Shown here piece by piece: positions 1 through 7,561 of a stretch of DNA of 16,904 nt. Both the position numbers and the translations under genes were made by a program. How positions within the stretch are numbered: position 1 is the first letter of the stretch; every line of letters begins with the position of its first letter. The DNA comes from a virus. The notes under the pieces are model-generated. The model was not told where the DNA came from and searched no databases. It worked only from the letters and a program-made list of their open reading frames with translations. Location of the stretch: the IMG/VR virus record IMGVR_UViG_3300001530_000198, positions 1 through 16,904 of that record; one strand, given 5' to 3'.

Positions 1-17
1 TCCACTCGTCGCTACCA
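1..17 (+). tRNA. possible 3' end of a tRNA gene (truncated by window edge), candidate prophage attachment site
   Basis: TCCACTCGTCGCTACCA fits the layout T-loop end / 3' T-stem strand CCACT / acceptor strand CGTCGCT / discriminator A / CCA. It is followed by an intrinsic terminator and lies next to the integrase 3' end. The 5' part is outside the window, so this is unverified. Confidence 0.4.
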
Positions 18-27
18 ATAAGAAAAT

Positions 28-59
28 AACCTAGGAATTTCCTAGGTTTTTATTTTTTT
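28..59 (+). terminator. intrinsic terminator
   Basis: AACCTAGG-AATTT-CCTAGGTT, 8 bp perfect stem, followed by TTTATTTTTTT. Confidence 0.7.
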
Positions 60-81
60 AGGTACTATTTAGGTACTAAAA

Positions 82-1218
82 TTATAAATTATCTAATAAA
101 TCTACAATCTCATCTTGAATAGTAGGGAATAGATGCATGTATGTTTTTTGCATTACTTCGATAGTGTGTCCCATTCTAGAAGACATCATTAGAAAGAATT
201 TTGCAGTATCTATTTTCATGTTTTTAGACTTGCTAGTATTAACATACTCATTTATCAATAAACTAACGTGAGAGTGCCTAAATTCGTGCATAGTTATCTC
301 ATGAACTCCAGATAATTCAAAATATTTATGTTTTGTTCTTTCTATTGTAGTTTTCTTTAAATATGTAGAATTTCCAAATACAAACCATGAATCACTATAA
401 TCACAAAATTGTTTTACCTTATTCTTGTATTTAATAAGTGTTTCTTTTAATGTTTTACTCATCACTATCTTTCTATTAAGGTTGTTTTTTGTAGAATTGA
501 TGTTAGGAGTGCCGCCACGAGTTTCATATAAGGTTTTATTGATTGTAATTTCATTTTTATCAAAATCTATATCGCTCCATTTTATTGCCTGTATTTCTCC
601 TTTACGACATCCTGTATAATAAGCAAATGTAAAAAAAGTATTCCATAGATCATTATCTATAACTTTGATAAAAGATTTAAATTCATCATATGTGATATAT
701 CTGATTTTATCTTCATCTTTAATTATCTCATCATTTTTATTTTTAAATGTTCCATATATTTCTACTGGATTAACAGTTAATCCGAAGTTCCTTATTGCAT
801 AATTAAATATTCCTTTTATTATATTTCTTATTTTGTTTAAATAAGCAACTGAAAGATTTAATTTTTCCATATTTTCAGCCCATTCTCTGATTGAATTGAC
901 ATTAATCGATATAATATTCATTTTGTTAAAAAATGGTCCTATATGCTTTTTATAATCCTTTTCATACGTATAATATGTTGAAGGTTTAGAACTTTTCTTA
1001 AGTTCTTCAAAATATCCTTTTGTAACCACATCAAAAGGCTTACTATATGGATTATCTCTTTTCAAAAGAAATATTGCTTGTTCATCAGTAGCTTCTTTTT
1101 TTGTTAAGTACCTTTTTGATTTATATACTTTATTATTACCTAAATAATCTTTTTTATATACTTTAAAATACCAAGATCTACCATCTTTTGTCTTATTACT
1201 ATCCTTATATATTGCCAT
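82..1218 (-). CDS. int: phage tyrosine integrase
   Basis: C-terminal tyrosine recombinase motifs: YTGCRKGEI (Arg), HEFRHSH (HxxR), GHTIEVMQKTYMHLF (H...Y). Position is at the phage edge, oriented leftward. Confidence 0.93.
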   Translation of the reverse strand: MAIYKDSNKTKDGRSWYFKVYKKDYLGNNKVYKSKRYLTKKEATDEQAIFLLKRDNPYSKPFDVVTKGYFEELKKSSKPSTYYTYEKDYKKHIGPFFNKMNIISINVNSIREWAENMEKLNLSVAYLNKIRNIIKGIFNYAIRNFGLTVNPVEIYGTFKNKNDEIIKDEDKIRYITYDEFKSFIKVIDNDLWNTFFTFAYYTGCRKGEIQAIKWSDIDFDKNEITINKTLYETRGGTPNINSTKNNLNRKIVMSKTLKETLIKYKNKVKQFCDYSDSWFVFGNSTYLKKTTIERTKHKYFELSGVHEITMHEFRHSHVSLLINEYVNTSKSKNMKIDTAKFFLMMSSRMGHTIEVMQKTYMHLFPTIQDEIVDLLDNL

Positions 1219-1325
1219 TTTTTATTTCCCCCTTATTGATTTAAATTTTTAAATTTGTTATAATAAAAACGTGCAAAAAAGAATTTCAATGATTGTTGTC
1301 ATGAATTAAAAATTTGCATACTTTA

Positions 1326-1354
1326 CTTCTACCTGGTGGGGTAGGAGTTTTTTT
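1326..1354 (+). terminator. intrinsic terminator-like hairpin, plus-strand orientation
   Basis: CTTCTACC-TGGTGG-GGTAGGAG (8 pairs including one G-U) followed by TTTTTTT. Confidence 0.5.
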
Positions 1355-1371
1355 GTAATTAAAAAAGTTAG

Positions 1372-1539
1372 TTAAATTTTAGGTTTGACTAACTTTATTA
1401 CTTGCTTTTCATCTTTTTTTCTATCCTTTAAAGCATTGCTCCAATTTACTGGAGTAACATCCTTCAAGGCTTCTTTTGTTGTGATTATATTTCTTACAGT
1501 CGAAAAGAAACCTTTAGGAATTATATTTTTCTTTTCCAT
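1372..1539 (-). CDS. small hypothetical protein, 55 aa (not in supplied ORF track)
   Basis: Reverse strand reads MEKKNIIPKGFFSTVRNIITTKEALKDVTPVNWSNALKDRKKDEKQVIKLVKPKI* with SD-like AAGGTGG upstream of ATG. Confidence 0.6.
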   Translation of the reverse strand: MEKKNIIPKGFFSTVRNIITTKEALKDVTPVNWSNALKDRKKDEKQVIKLVKPKI

Positions 1540-1660
1540 AATAACCACCTTATCCTTTTCTATTCTACCAATATTATACGATATTATACAAAAAAATGCA
1601 AATATATATTTATAAATTGATGGTTATTATATCAAAGAAACCGTAAAGTGTCAAACTTTT

Positions 1661-2065
1661 TTATAAATTTTCAACAATTTGTTTAAGTTTACCTTCTTTT
1701 GCTAATTTTAAAATTAACTTCAAAAGCTCATCCATATATTCTTCTTTTAAAGAACCTAACACATAATATTTTAATTTTTCTTTTTTAAAATAATGTGCCT
1801 GATCAGCTTTTATATATGATGATTTTTTAAAATCCCTTTCTTTCATTGAATCAATAGGTAATTCCATATTTTCTTCATATTTTAGTTTTTTCATTCTATG
1901 TTCTTCACTATTAAAACTTGAAATAACAGTCGTTACTAGATCATAATCAAGTCCTGCTATTGTCCCACATTCATCATTAATAACTACAAAAGAATGTTTA
2001 GAAATTAGATTATTTCCATCACCTATATATTCTTCTACAACTATTATATCTCCCATTTTACACAT
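1661..2065 (-). CDS. hypothetical protein, possibly PemK/MazF-like fold
   Basis: 134 aa; N-terminus GDIIVVEEY...HSFVVINDE...GLDYDLVTTVISSF resembles PemK/MazF-like proteins seen in Firmicutes lysogeny regions; preceded by GGAGG. Family assignment is from recognition only. Confidence 0.45.
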   Translation of the reverse strand: MCKMGDIIVVEEYIGDGNNLISKHSFVVINDECGTIAGLDYDLVTTVISSFNSEEHRMKKLKYEENMELPIDSMKERDFKKSSYIKADQAHYFKKEKLKYYVLGSLKEEYMDELLKLILKLAKEGKLKQIVENL

Positions 2066-2135
2066 ATTATTACCTCCAATCTAACATCTATATTAAAAAT
2101 ACCTGTACTAGCATACTTTTAATTAAATTACAATT

Positions 2136-2474
2136 TTATAATTTTTCATAATAATAATGAAAATCATATCCAGTATTTTTAATATTTGGATGTTTTTCCC
2201 TGTATTCTCGTTCATGACATCTAGCACATATTTTAAATTCATTATTATTTAAATTAATTACTTTTTTTACCTTCCAATTTTTAAATTCTAATAACGAATC
2301 TTTCGGCCAATCTTCGTAGCAATCAAAATATTTGTGATAAATATTGTTTTCTTTATCATAAGAAGTAGAGGAAATTAGTGCATATTCTTCGTTAACACAT
2401 TGACAGAATTGTTTAATTTTATGTTCTTTTCCTTGTTCATCTATTACTACAACTTCTTTATCTTTATAATTCAT
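2136..2474 (-). CDS. hypothetical protein
   Basis: 112 aa ORF with AGGAGG 5-8 nt upstream of ATG; Cys-containing C-terminal half (CARCHEREYREKH). Confidence 0.65.
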   Translation of the reverse strand: MNYKDKEVVVIDEQGKEHKIKQFCQCVNEEYALISSTSYDKENNIYHKYFDCYEDWPKDSLLEFKNWKVKKVINLNNNEFKICARCHEREYREKHPNIKNTGYDFHYYYEKL

Positions 2475-2820
2475 TTAAAAATCCTCCTGTTATGTTATTT
2501 TTTTGTTCATTAATTGTACTAAATATAAAATTAATATATTTATCGGCTTCATCTTCGTATTTTTCTATTTGAAATGCAAATAAATCTTTATCTATTTGAT
2601 TTAATTGATTCAGTTCGATATGAGCAAGTTCATGTAGAATTGTTTTTTTAATTTCTTTATACGATAATTTATTGTTTATAAAAATATTATATATGTTCTC
2701 ATACTGGAATACAAAACCATTAATTCCTCTTGATAAATTAATGTAAGTTATATTAGCATTATAATAATTTAATAAATCTCTAAAAGAAATATTGCCACAT
2801 AGCATATTATATATATTCAT
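2464..2820 (-). CDS. ImmA/IrrE-family metallopeptidase
   Basis: ILHELAHIELNQ zinc protease motif next to the phage repressor. ORF track start is 2844, but SD GGAGGG lies inside that extension, so MNIYNMLC at 2820 is preferred. Confidence 0.8.
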   Translation of the reverse strand: MNIYNMLCGNISFRDLLNYYNANITYINLSRGINGFVFQYENIYNIFINNKLSYKEIKKTILHELAHIELNQLNQIDKDLFAFQIEKYEDEADKYINFIFSTINEQKNNITGGFLNEL

Positions 2821-2861
2821 ACTTAACTTCCCTCCATTAAGCATCTATACTAGCATACCTA

Positions 2862-3212
2862 TTATTTTCCTAATTCTTTATCTATTTCTTTTTTTCTTTT
2901 TTCTATTATAAATTTAATATATTCTTTGTCATCCTCAGTTAATATATCTTTATTTTTGTCGAATAACAATTCTAATTCGTTAAAAGTATTATTGTTATCA
3001 TCAATTGTTAAATCTTTACCAACAAGATCAGCGATAGATATATTAAACATATCAGCAACCTGGATGGCATTTTCTACCGTTGCATCCATATCATTATTTT
3101 CCCATCTAGATATGGTAGAACGATCCAATTTTAATTTATCGGCTATTTCTTGTTGAGATATTCCCTTTTGTTGTCGTATAAATTTTAAATTTTTATTAAA
3201 GAATCTAGCCAT
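2862..3212 (-). CDS. XRE/cI-like phage repressor
   Basis: LKFIRQQKGISQQEIADKLKLDRSTISRWENNDMDAT helix-turn-helix; divergent from a Cro-like gene. Confidence 0.88.
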   Translation of the reverse strand: MARFFNKNLKFIRQQKGISQQEIADKLKLDRSTISRWENNDMDATVENAIQVADMFNISIADLVGKDLTIDDNNNTFNELELLFDKNKDILTEDDKEYIKFIIEKRKKEIDKELGK

Positions 3213-3263
3213 TATATCCCCTCCCTAATATTATTTTAACATAGTTTTGTAAAAAAACAACAA

Positions 3264-3287
3264 AAAATGTGAAAAAAATCACATTTT
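3264..3287. promoter_or_regulatory. candidate repressor operator 1
   Basis: Perfect inverted repeat AAAATGTGA-N6-TCACATTTT in the divergent control region. Confidence 0.65.
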
Positions 3288-3291
3288 AGCA

Positions 3292-3320
3292 TTGACAAGT
3301 GAGTATAATCACGATATAAT
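3292..3320 (+). promoter_or_regulatory. rightward early promoter with embedded operator 2
   Basis: TTGACA - 17 nt - TATAAT, consensus sigma-A. Spacer contains GTGA-N6-TCAC (3299-3312), the same core and spacing as operator 1. Confidence 0.85.
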
Positions 3321-3343
3321 GTATTTAGATAGGAGGGATAAGG

Positions 3344-3583
3344 ATGGTTACAAACGGAACATTAATTGGTAAAGAATTGAAATCATTAAGAGTAAAAAGA
3401 AACTTATCACTTGAGCAAGCAAGCCAAAAATTATCAATACATTTCAATACATTATCCAAGTATGAAAAAGATGCATCTGATTTAAAGTTAGGTATGTTAG
3501 AAAAAATATTGAATTTTTATCAGATAAATGAACTTATTTTTTTTAAAATTATATGTGAGTATAATCACACAAATAAATGTTAA
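3344..3583 (+). CDS. XRE-family Cro-like regulator
   Basis: LKSLRVKRNLSLEQASQKLSIHFNTLSKYEKDASDL HTH; first rightward gene. Confidence 0.8.
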   Translation: MVTNGTLIGKELKSLRVKRNLSLEQASQKLSIHFNTLSKYEKDASDLKLGMLEKILNFYQINELIFFKIICEYNHTNKC

Positions 3584-3603
3584 TCATTGAAAGGGGATCA
3601 TAA

Positions 3604-3807
3604 ATGAAAACCAGCGAGGAAATATTAAAGCAGCAATTTATTACAGCTAAAGATATGCAACAGATAATACCATCATTGAATTATATTAGAGCTTTAAAGT
3701 ATATTGATGAACTAAGAATTGAAATGAAAAATAAAGGTTACTTTGTTCCAGAAGGAAGAACAAAAGTAGCATTAACAAAACTTTTTAAAAAGAAATTTGG
3801 AATATAA
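3604..3807 (+). CDS. small DNA-binding or excisionase-like protein
   Basis: 67 aa, ITAKDMQQIIPSLNYIRALKYIDELRIEMKNKGYFVPEGRTKVALTKLFKKK; AK...KGY...VP layout resembles small phage/ICE DNA-binding proteins. Confidence 0.4.
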   Translation: MKTSEEILKQQFITAKDMQQIIPSLNYIRALKYIDELRIEMKNKGYFVPEGRTKVALTKLFKKKFGI

Positions 3808-3821
3808 GAGGGAGAAGAAAT

Positions 3822-4064
3822 ATGAAAAATCAAAAAAGTATGCAAGAAATAATTAACGAAAATCACGAAAAAGCTTATCGTGAATATATGAAAAAATATG
3901 AAAAAGCACAAAAAAAAGATACAATCTTAGGATATTTTGTAATAGCATTTATCATTGCAATTACAAGTGTATGTATCTTATTAATCGATAAACAAAATAA
4001 AGAATTTGTACAAACATGTACTGATAAAGGATATTCAGTAAATTACTGTATGGATCATATGTAG
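3822..4064 (+). CDS. small single-pass membrane protein
   Basis: 80 aa, charged N-terminus then TILGYFVIAFIIAITSVCILLI; GGAGAAG SD. Confidence 0.6.
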   Translation: MKNQKSMQEIINENHEKAYREYMKKYEKAQKKDTILGYFVIAFIIAITSVCILLIDKQNKEFVQTCTDKGYSVNYCMDHM

Positions 4065-4073
4065 GAGGAAAAA

Positions 4074-4289
4074 ATGGAAAATAAAACATTCGAAGTAAAT
4101 GAAGAAGGAAGTATTGTAATTGAAATACAAGAAGATTTAGCAAGTATTGGTGAAATAAAAAATCTCTCTAGTTCAGAACGTAAAGAGATTAATAATCATT
4201 TAAGTCAAGGATGGATTTATTTAGACTCATATTATGATACATCAACTAAAAGTATTTATGTTTGGCTCGGCTTACCTAGAACAAAATAG
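4074..4289 (+). CDS. small hypothetical protein
   Basis: 71 aa with GGAGG SD; ends ...LSQGWIYLDSYYDTSTKSIYVWLGLPRTK. Confidence 0.6.
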   Translation: MENKTFEVNEEGSIVIEIQEDLASIGEIKNLSSSERKEINNHLSQGWIYLDSYYDTSTKSIYVWLGLPRTK

Positions 4290-4426
4290 CCATTTGATAC
4301 ATCTAGTATAACCCAACCATCTGCTAATAGTTTATTTACAATTTGTTTTGAATTAACGAAGTTATCATTTTCAACAGTAATTTTATTGTATGGAATAACA
4401 TCTATTTCAGAAATGTTGTTATACAT
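4256..4426 (-). CDS. small hypothetical protein convergent with and similar to the preceding one
   Basis: MYNNISEIDVIPYNKITVENDNFVNSKQIVNKLLADGWVILDVSNGYFVLGKPSQT. ATG at 4426 has GAGGTG just upstream, unlike the track start at 4438. Confidence 0.5.
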   Translation of the reverse strand: MYNNISEIDVIPYNKITVENDNFVNSKQIVNKLLADGWVILDVSNGYFVLGKPSQT

Positions 4427-4605
4427 AAGACACCTCACTTTCTGAGGTAATTATATCACAAAAGGAGATTATATGAAAAATGACAATAAAAAAAGTGTCG
4501 AACAATTAAACGGGGTTCAACACAGAATATTTTATTGATTAATTAAATTAATCTTCTTAATTATAGCAAAAAAAATAACAAATGTCAAATTAGAAAGGGG
4601 AAAGT

Positions 4606-5232
4606 ATGAATAGTGTTAATAGTTTTACTATGTATTTTGATTACTTTAATTTAATAGATACTTTACCTTTAAAGGATAAATCAGCATTATTAGTAGCAAT
4701 TAATGATTATATGTTTAAGGATATTGAACCTAATTTAACAGGTCATAATCAAGCTATTTTTAATACTTTAAAGAATCAATTAAATGTATCAAAAAGTAAT
4801 TCAAAAAGAAGAAACCGAACAACAACCGAACAACAACCGAACAACAACCGAGAAGAAACCGAAACAAAACCAAATAAAGAACCAAAAGAAAACAAAACAA
4901 GTATTTTAAGTTTTAAGTTTTATATTTCTAATTTTATATTTATAAATAATAATAATTTATTAATATCTAAAATAGAAGAATGGTTAAATTATAAAAAACA
5001 AAGAAAAGATAAACCATATACAGAAATAGGATTAAAGTCATTATTAAACAGAATTGATAATACAGTACAAGAATATGGAACAGATAAAATGATTGATGTC
5101 ATCGATTATAGTATTGCTAATAATTATCAAGGAATTGTTTTTGATAGGTTAAAAAATGAAAAACAAAACTCAAGCAGCTACAACAATCAGCAATGGGAAG
5201 AAACTAAAAGAGAGTTTATGAAAAATGACTAA
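4606..5232 (+). CDS. phage replisome-organiser-like replication protein
   Basis: N-terminal small domain, low-complexity linker encoded by 11-bp repeats, and C-terminal DnaD-like segment (ISKIEEWLNYKKQRKDKPYTEIGLKSLLNRI...NNYQGIVFDRLK). Confidence 0.65.
   Translation: MNSVNSFTMYFDYFNLIDTLPLKDKSALLVAINDYMFKDIEPNLTGHNQAIFNTLKNQLNVSKSNSKRRNRTTTEQQPNNNREETETKPNKEPKENKTSILSFKFYISNFIFINNNNLLISKIEEWLNYKKQRKDKPYTEIGLKSLLNRIDNTVQEYGTDKMIDVIDYSIANNYQGIVFDRLKNEKQNSSSYNNQQWEETKREFMKND
4813..4885 (+). repeat. 11-bp phased direct repeats (iteron-like), candidate replication origin
   Basis: AACCGA recurs at 4813, 4824, 4835, 4846 and 4857, with a degenerate AACCAA at 4868 and one at 4880. ACCGAACAACA is perfectly repeated three times (4814-4846). 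Confidence 0.65.
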
Positions 5233-5764
5233 ACAAGAAGTAGTAACATTTCTTGAAAAGATAAAAGCAAACTATCAATCATTTTCACAAGAAGGATATG
5301 TATTAAACGAGTGGTATGAGAGATTAAAAGATTATGATAAAGAAGATGTTTATAAAAAATTTGAAGAACATTTAAAAGGTGATTTAGGCTCCCAAATACC
5401 AAAGATTCATTTCATAACAAAATACTTAATAAAATCATCGGAAAAGGGCAATCAAAATAATTATAAAGTATTATGTCCTAATTGCAAAAAAGTATTATCA
5501 CTCAAAGATTATGAAGCACATATAGAACGACATAATTCGATTGAGTATATGAAACTTCATAGCAAAATGTTTACGATATTGAATGAAGAAAAATTATTAA
5601 AAATGCCAGAAGTTCTTTTTAAAGAAAAATATGATGAATTTATCGAAAAACTTTGTGAAGTTTTGATGAGCAAAGAAGAAAAAACACAATCTGAAAAAGA
5701 AGAATTTCAGAGATTACAAAATTATGTATACAGTAAAGCAGGAATGCCAATATCAATCAATTAG
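5225..5764 (+). CDS. replication-module protein, possible helicase loader/inhibitor-like N-terminus with C2H2-like zinc motif
   Basis: MTKQEVVTFLEKIKANYQSF...W...L.DYD...V...; LCPNCKKVLSLKDYEAHIERH; overlaps the upstream replication gene. Confidence 0.45.
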   Translation: MTKQEVVTFLEKIKANYQSFSQEGYVLNEWYERLKDYDKEDVYKKFEEHLKGDLGSQIPKIHFITKYLIKSSEKGNQNNYKVLCPNCKKVLSLKDYEAHIERHNSIEYMKLHSKMFTILNEEKLLKMPEVLFKEKYDEFIEKLCEVLMSKEEKTQSEKEEFQRLQNYVYSKAGMPISIN

Positions 5765-5778
5765 AAAGGGGAATTATT

Positions 5779-6099
5779 ATGATTGAAGAATTAGTATATC
5801 AATATCTTTGTTTACATAATCGTGGCAAAGATAACTTAATAAAAAATCAAGATTTAAGAAGTATGTTTGAAATTAAAAGTGATAAGTCTATGAGACAAGT
5901 TATTCAAAACATACGAGAGAATATGAAGTTTACTGAAATAGTAGGAAGTATTTCAGGAGTAAGTGGAGGATTTTATATTTGTGAAACTGAAGAAGAAATG
6001 CAAGAAACAATAAATAACATCAAGCATAGAGCAAATCAAATGCTAAGAATGACACATGTATTAGAATACAAGATTAATAAGTTCAAGGAGGTGGAATAA
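5779..6099 (+). CDS. hypothetical phage protein, possible winged-helix
   Basis: 106 aa, GGGG SD region, ORF context; YLCLHNRGKDNLIKNQDLRSMFEIKSDKSMRQVIQNIRE. Confidence 0.5.
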   Translation: MIEELVYQYLCLHNRGKDNLIKNQDLRSMFEIKSDKSMRQVIQNIRENMKFTEIVGSISGVSGGFYICETEEEMQETINNIKHRANQMLRMTHVLEYKINKFKEVE

Positions 6100-6326
6100 T
6101 GAGAGGAAGCAAAGATCCAGTAAATACAATTTATAAAATAGGTCAATTGATAAAGACGTTAACTGAAGCAGATTTTAAATATTTAAATGATATAGCTAAA
6201 CAACAAGAAGAATATTTTAATCCACTAAAACCAGCTACATCAGAAGAACAACACAAATTAGCAGAACATAACAAAAAAATAATCCATCACTTGAAAGAAT
6301 TAAAAAAAATATTAAGTGAAAAATAG
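6099..6326 (+). CDS. hypothetical protein
   Basis: 75 aa, start overlaps previous stop, AAGGAGGTGG SD. Confidence 0.6.
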   Translation: MRGSKDPVNTIYKIGQLIKTLTEADFKYLNDIAKQQEEYFNPLKPATSEEQHKLAEHNKKIIHHLKELKKILSEK

Positions 6327-6473
6327 CATCAAAAATTTTAAAAAGTATCTGAATAAAAAAACAAGCAATTAAACCTTATGATTATTAATCAAAATGACAA
6401 TTTAGTAAATGCAATATAATGTTGGGGTTATCTTGCAGAGATTATAGAGAATAAAAAGGGTAAGGAGGCTAAT

Positions 6474-7316
6474 ATGACTAAAGAAGAAATAAAAGAAAAA
6501 GCAAATGATTTTATAAACGATGAACGATTGGATGAAAAGTCTAAAAGAACTATTGTCGATTATAGAAACGATGTAAAAAAACTAATAGACTTCTTACCAG
6601 AAGATTTTATTTTAAACAAGCAATTGATGTTAGATTTTAAAGATTACCTGGATAGCAAAGGTTATTCAGTAAGCTCAAAAAATAAGTATGTTGTTGTCAT
6701 TAATAAATTCATGAGATATCTAGGACATGATGAGTGTATTTTAAAAAAATACAAGAAACAAGAAAAATCTTCGATTGATGATCCTATCTGGGAACAAGAA
6801 CATAAAAGAATGCTTAGATGGGCAAAATCAATGGGAATGATGGATATGTATCTGATAATGAAAATATTCGCTCATTGTGGAGCAAGAGTAGACGAATTAA
6901 AGTTCTATACAGTAGAAAGTTTAGAAAGTAATTACATTAAAAGAGTGTACAACAAAGGAAAAGAAAGAACATTAATTCTAACAAACGAATTGAAAAGAGA
7001 ATTAAAAGCCTATTGTAAAGAAAATAAAATAAAGTCCGGTTATATATTCAAAAGTCCGGTTAAGGATGGACAAATGCTTAATAATTCAACTATATGGAGA
7101 AGATTGAAGAAGATAGCTAAAAAAGCAAAAATCAATCCAAACAAAATACATCCTCATGCATGGCGACATTTATTCGCAAAGAAATGTAAAGAAAACGGTA
7201 TTGATTTAGACGAATTAAGAGATATTTTAGGACACAACGATATTAATACAACAGCAATATACACAATGACATCAAATAGAGAAAAAAGAGAAAAATTAGA
7301 AAGGATAAGGTATTAG
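6474..7316 (+). CDS. second tyrosine recombinase (XerC/D-like)
   Basis: CGARVDELKF (Arg), HPHAWRHLFAKKC (HxxR), LGHNDINTTAIYT (H...Y); N-terminal SAM-like domain; AAGGAGG SD. Confidence 0.88.
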   Translation: MTKEEIKEKANDFINDERLDEKSKRTIVDYRNDVKKLIDFLPEDFILNKQLMLDFKDYLDSKGYSVSSKNKYVVVINKFMRYLGHDECILKKYKKQEKSSIDDPIWEQEHKRMLRWAKSMGMMDMYLIMKIFAHCGARVDELKFYTVESLESNYIKRVYNKGKERTLILTNELKRELKAYCKENKIKSGYIFKSPVKDGQMLNNSTIWRRLKKIAKKAKINPNKIHPHAWRHLFAKKCKENGIDLDELRDILGHNDINTTAIYTMTSNREKREKLERIRY

Positions 7317-7318
7317 AA

Positions 7319-7552
7319 ATGGAAGGTATTGTAATATTTATATTATTAATAGCAGCATCTGCATTTTCAATAATGTTAATTATGCAAAAGGAAATTAATG
7401 AACAACAAGAAAGTATAGATAAATTACATTTCGAATGTGAGAATTATTTAAAAGTACTTGCACAAGTAGGAGCTATCCCAGAGGAATTATTAAAACAAAA
7501 AATCAAAGAAATGAATAACAAATATGGCAAAGTAAAATTAAACATAAAATAG
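7319..7552 (+). CDS. small N-terminally anchored membrane/coiled-coil protein
   Basis: MEGIVIFILLIAASAFSIMLIMQ TM followed by charged helix. Confidence 0.55.
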   Translation: MEGIVIFILLIAASAFSIMLIMQKEINEQQESIDKLHFECENYLKVLAQVGAIPEELLKQKIKEMNNKYGKVKLNIK

Positions 7553-7561
7553 GAGGATTAT

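Noticed and set aside
425-619. Plus-strand 64-aa ORF antisense to integrase
   Set aside because: Lies wholly inside the well-supported int gene; no SD evident.
1385-1615. Plus-strand 76-aa hydrophobic ORF
   Set aside because: Antisense to the 55-aa minus-strand gene with a strong SD; composition is typical of antisense reading.
2926-3156. Plus-strand 76-aa Ser/Leu-rich ORF
   Set aside because: Antisense to the repressor gene.
3961-4143. Minus-strand 60-aa ORF
   Set aside because: Antisense to two better supported plus-strand ORFs.
4537-4553. GATTAAT-TAA-ATTAATC inverted repeat upstream of the replication gene
   Set aside because: A/T-rich and short; could arise by chance in this composition, so no function claimed.
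4813-4885. CRISPR-like array
   Set aside because: Repeats are 11-bp head-to-tail with no spacers; iteron-like instead.
6394-6420. ATGACA...TATAAT promoter upstream of the second recombinase
   Set aside because: Good -10 but spacing of only about 15 nt to a poor -35; not strong enough to list as a feature.
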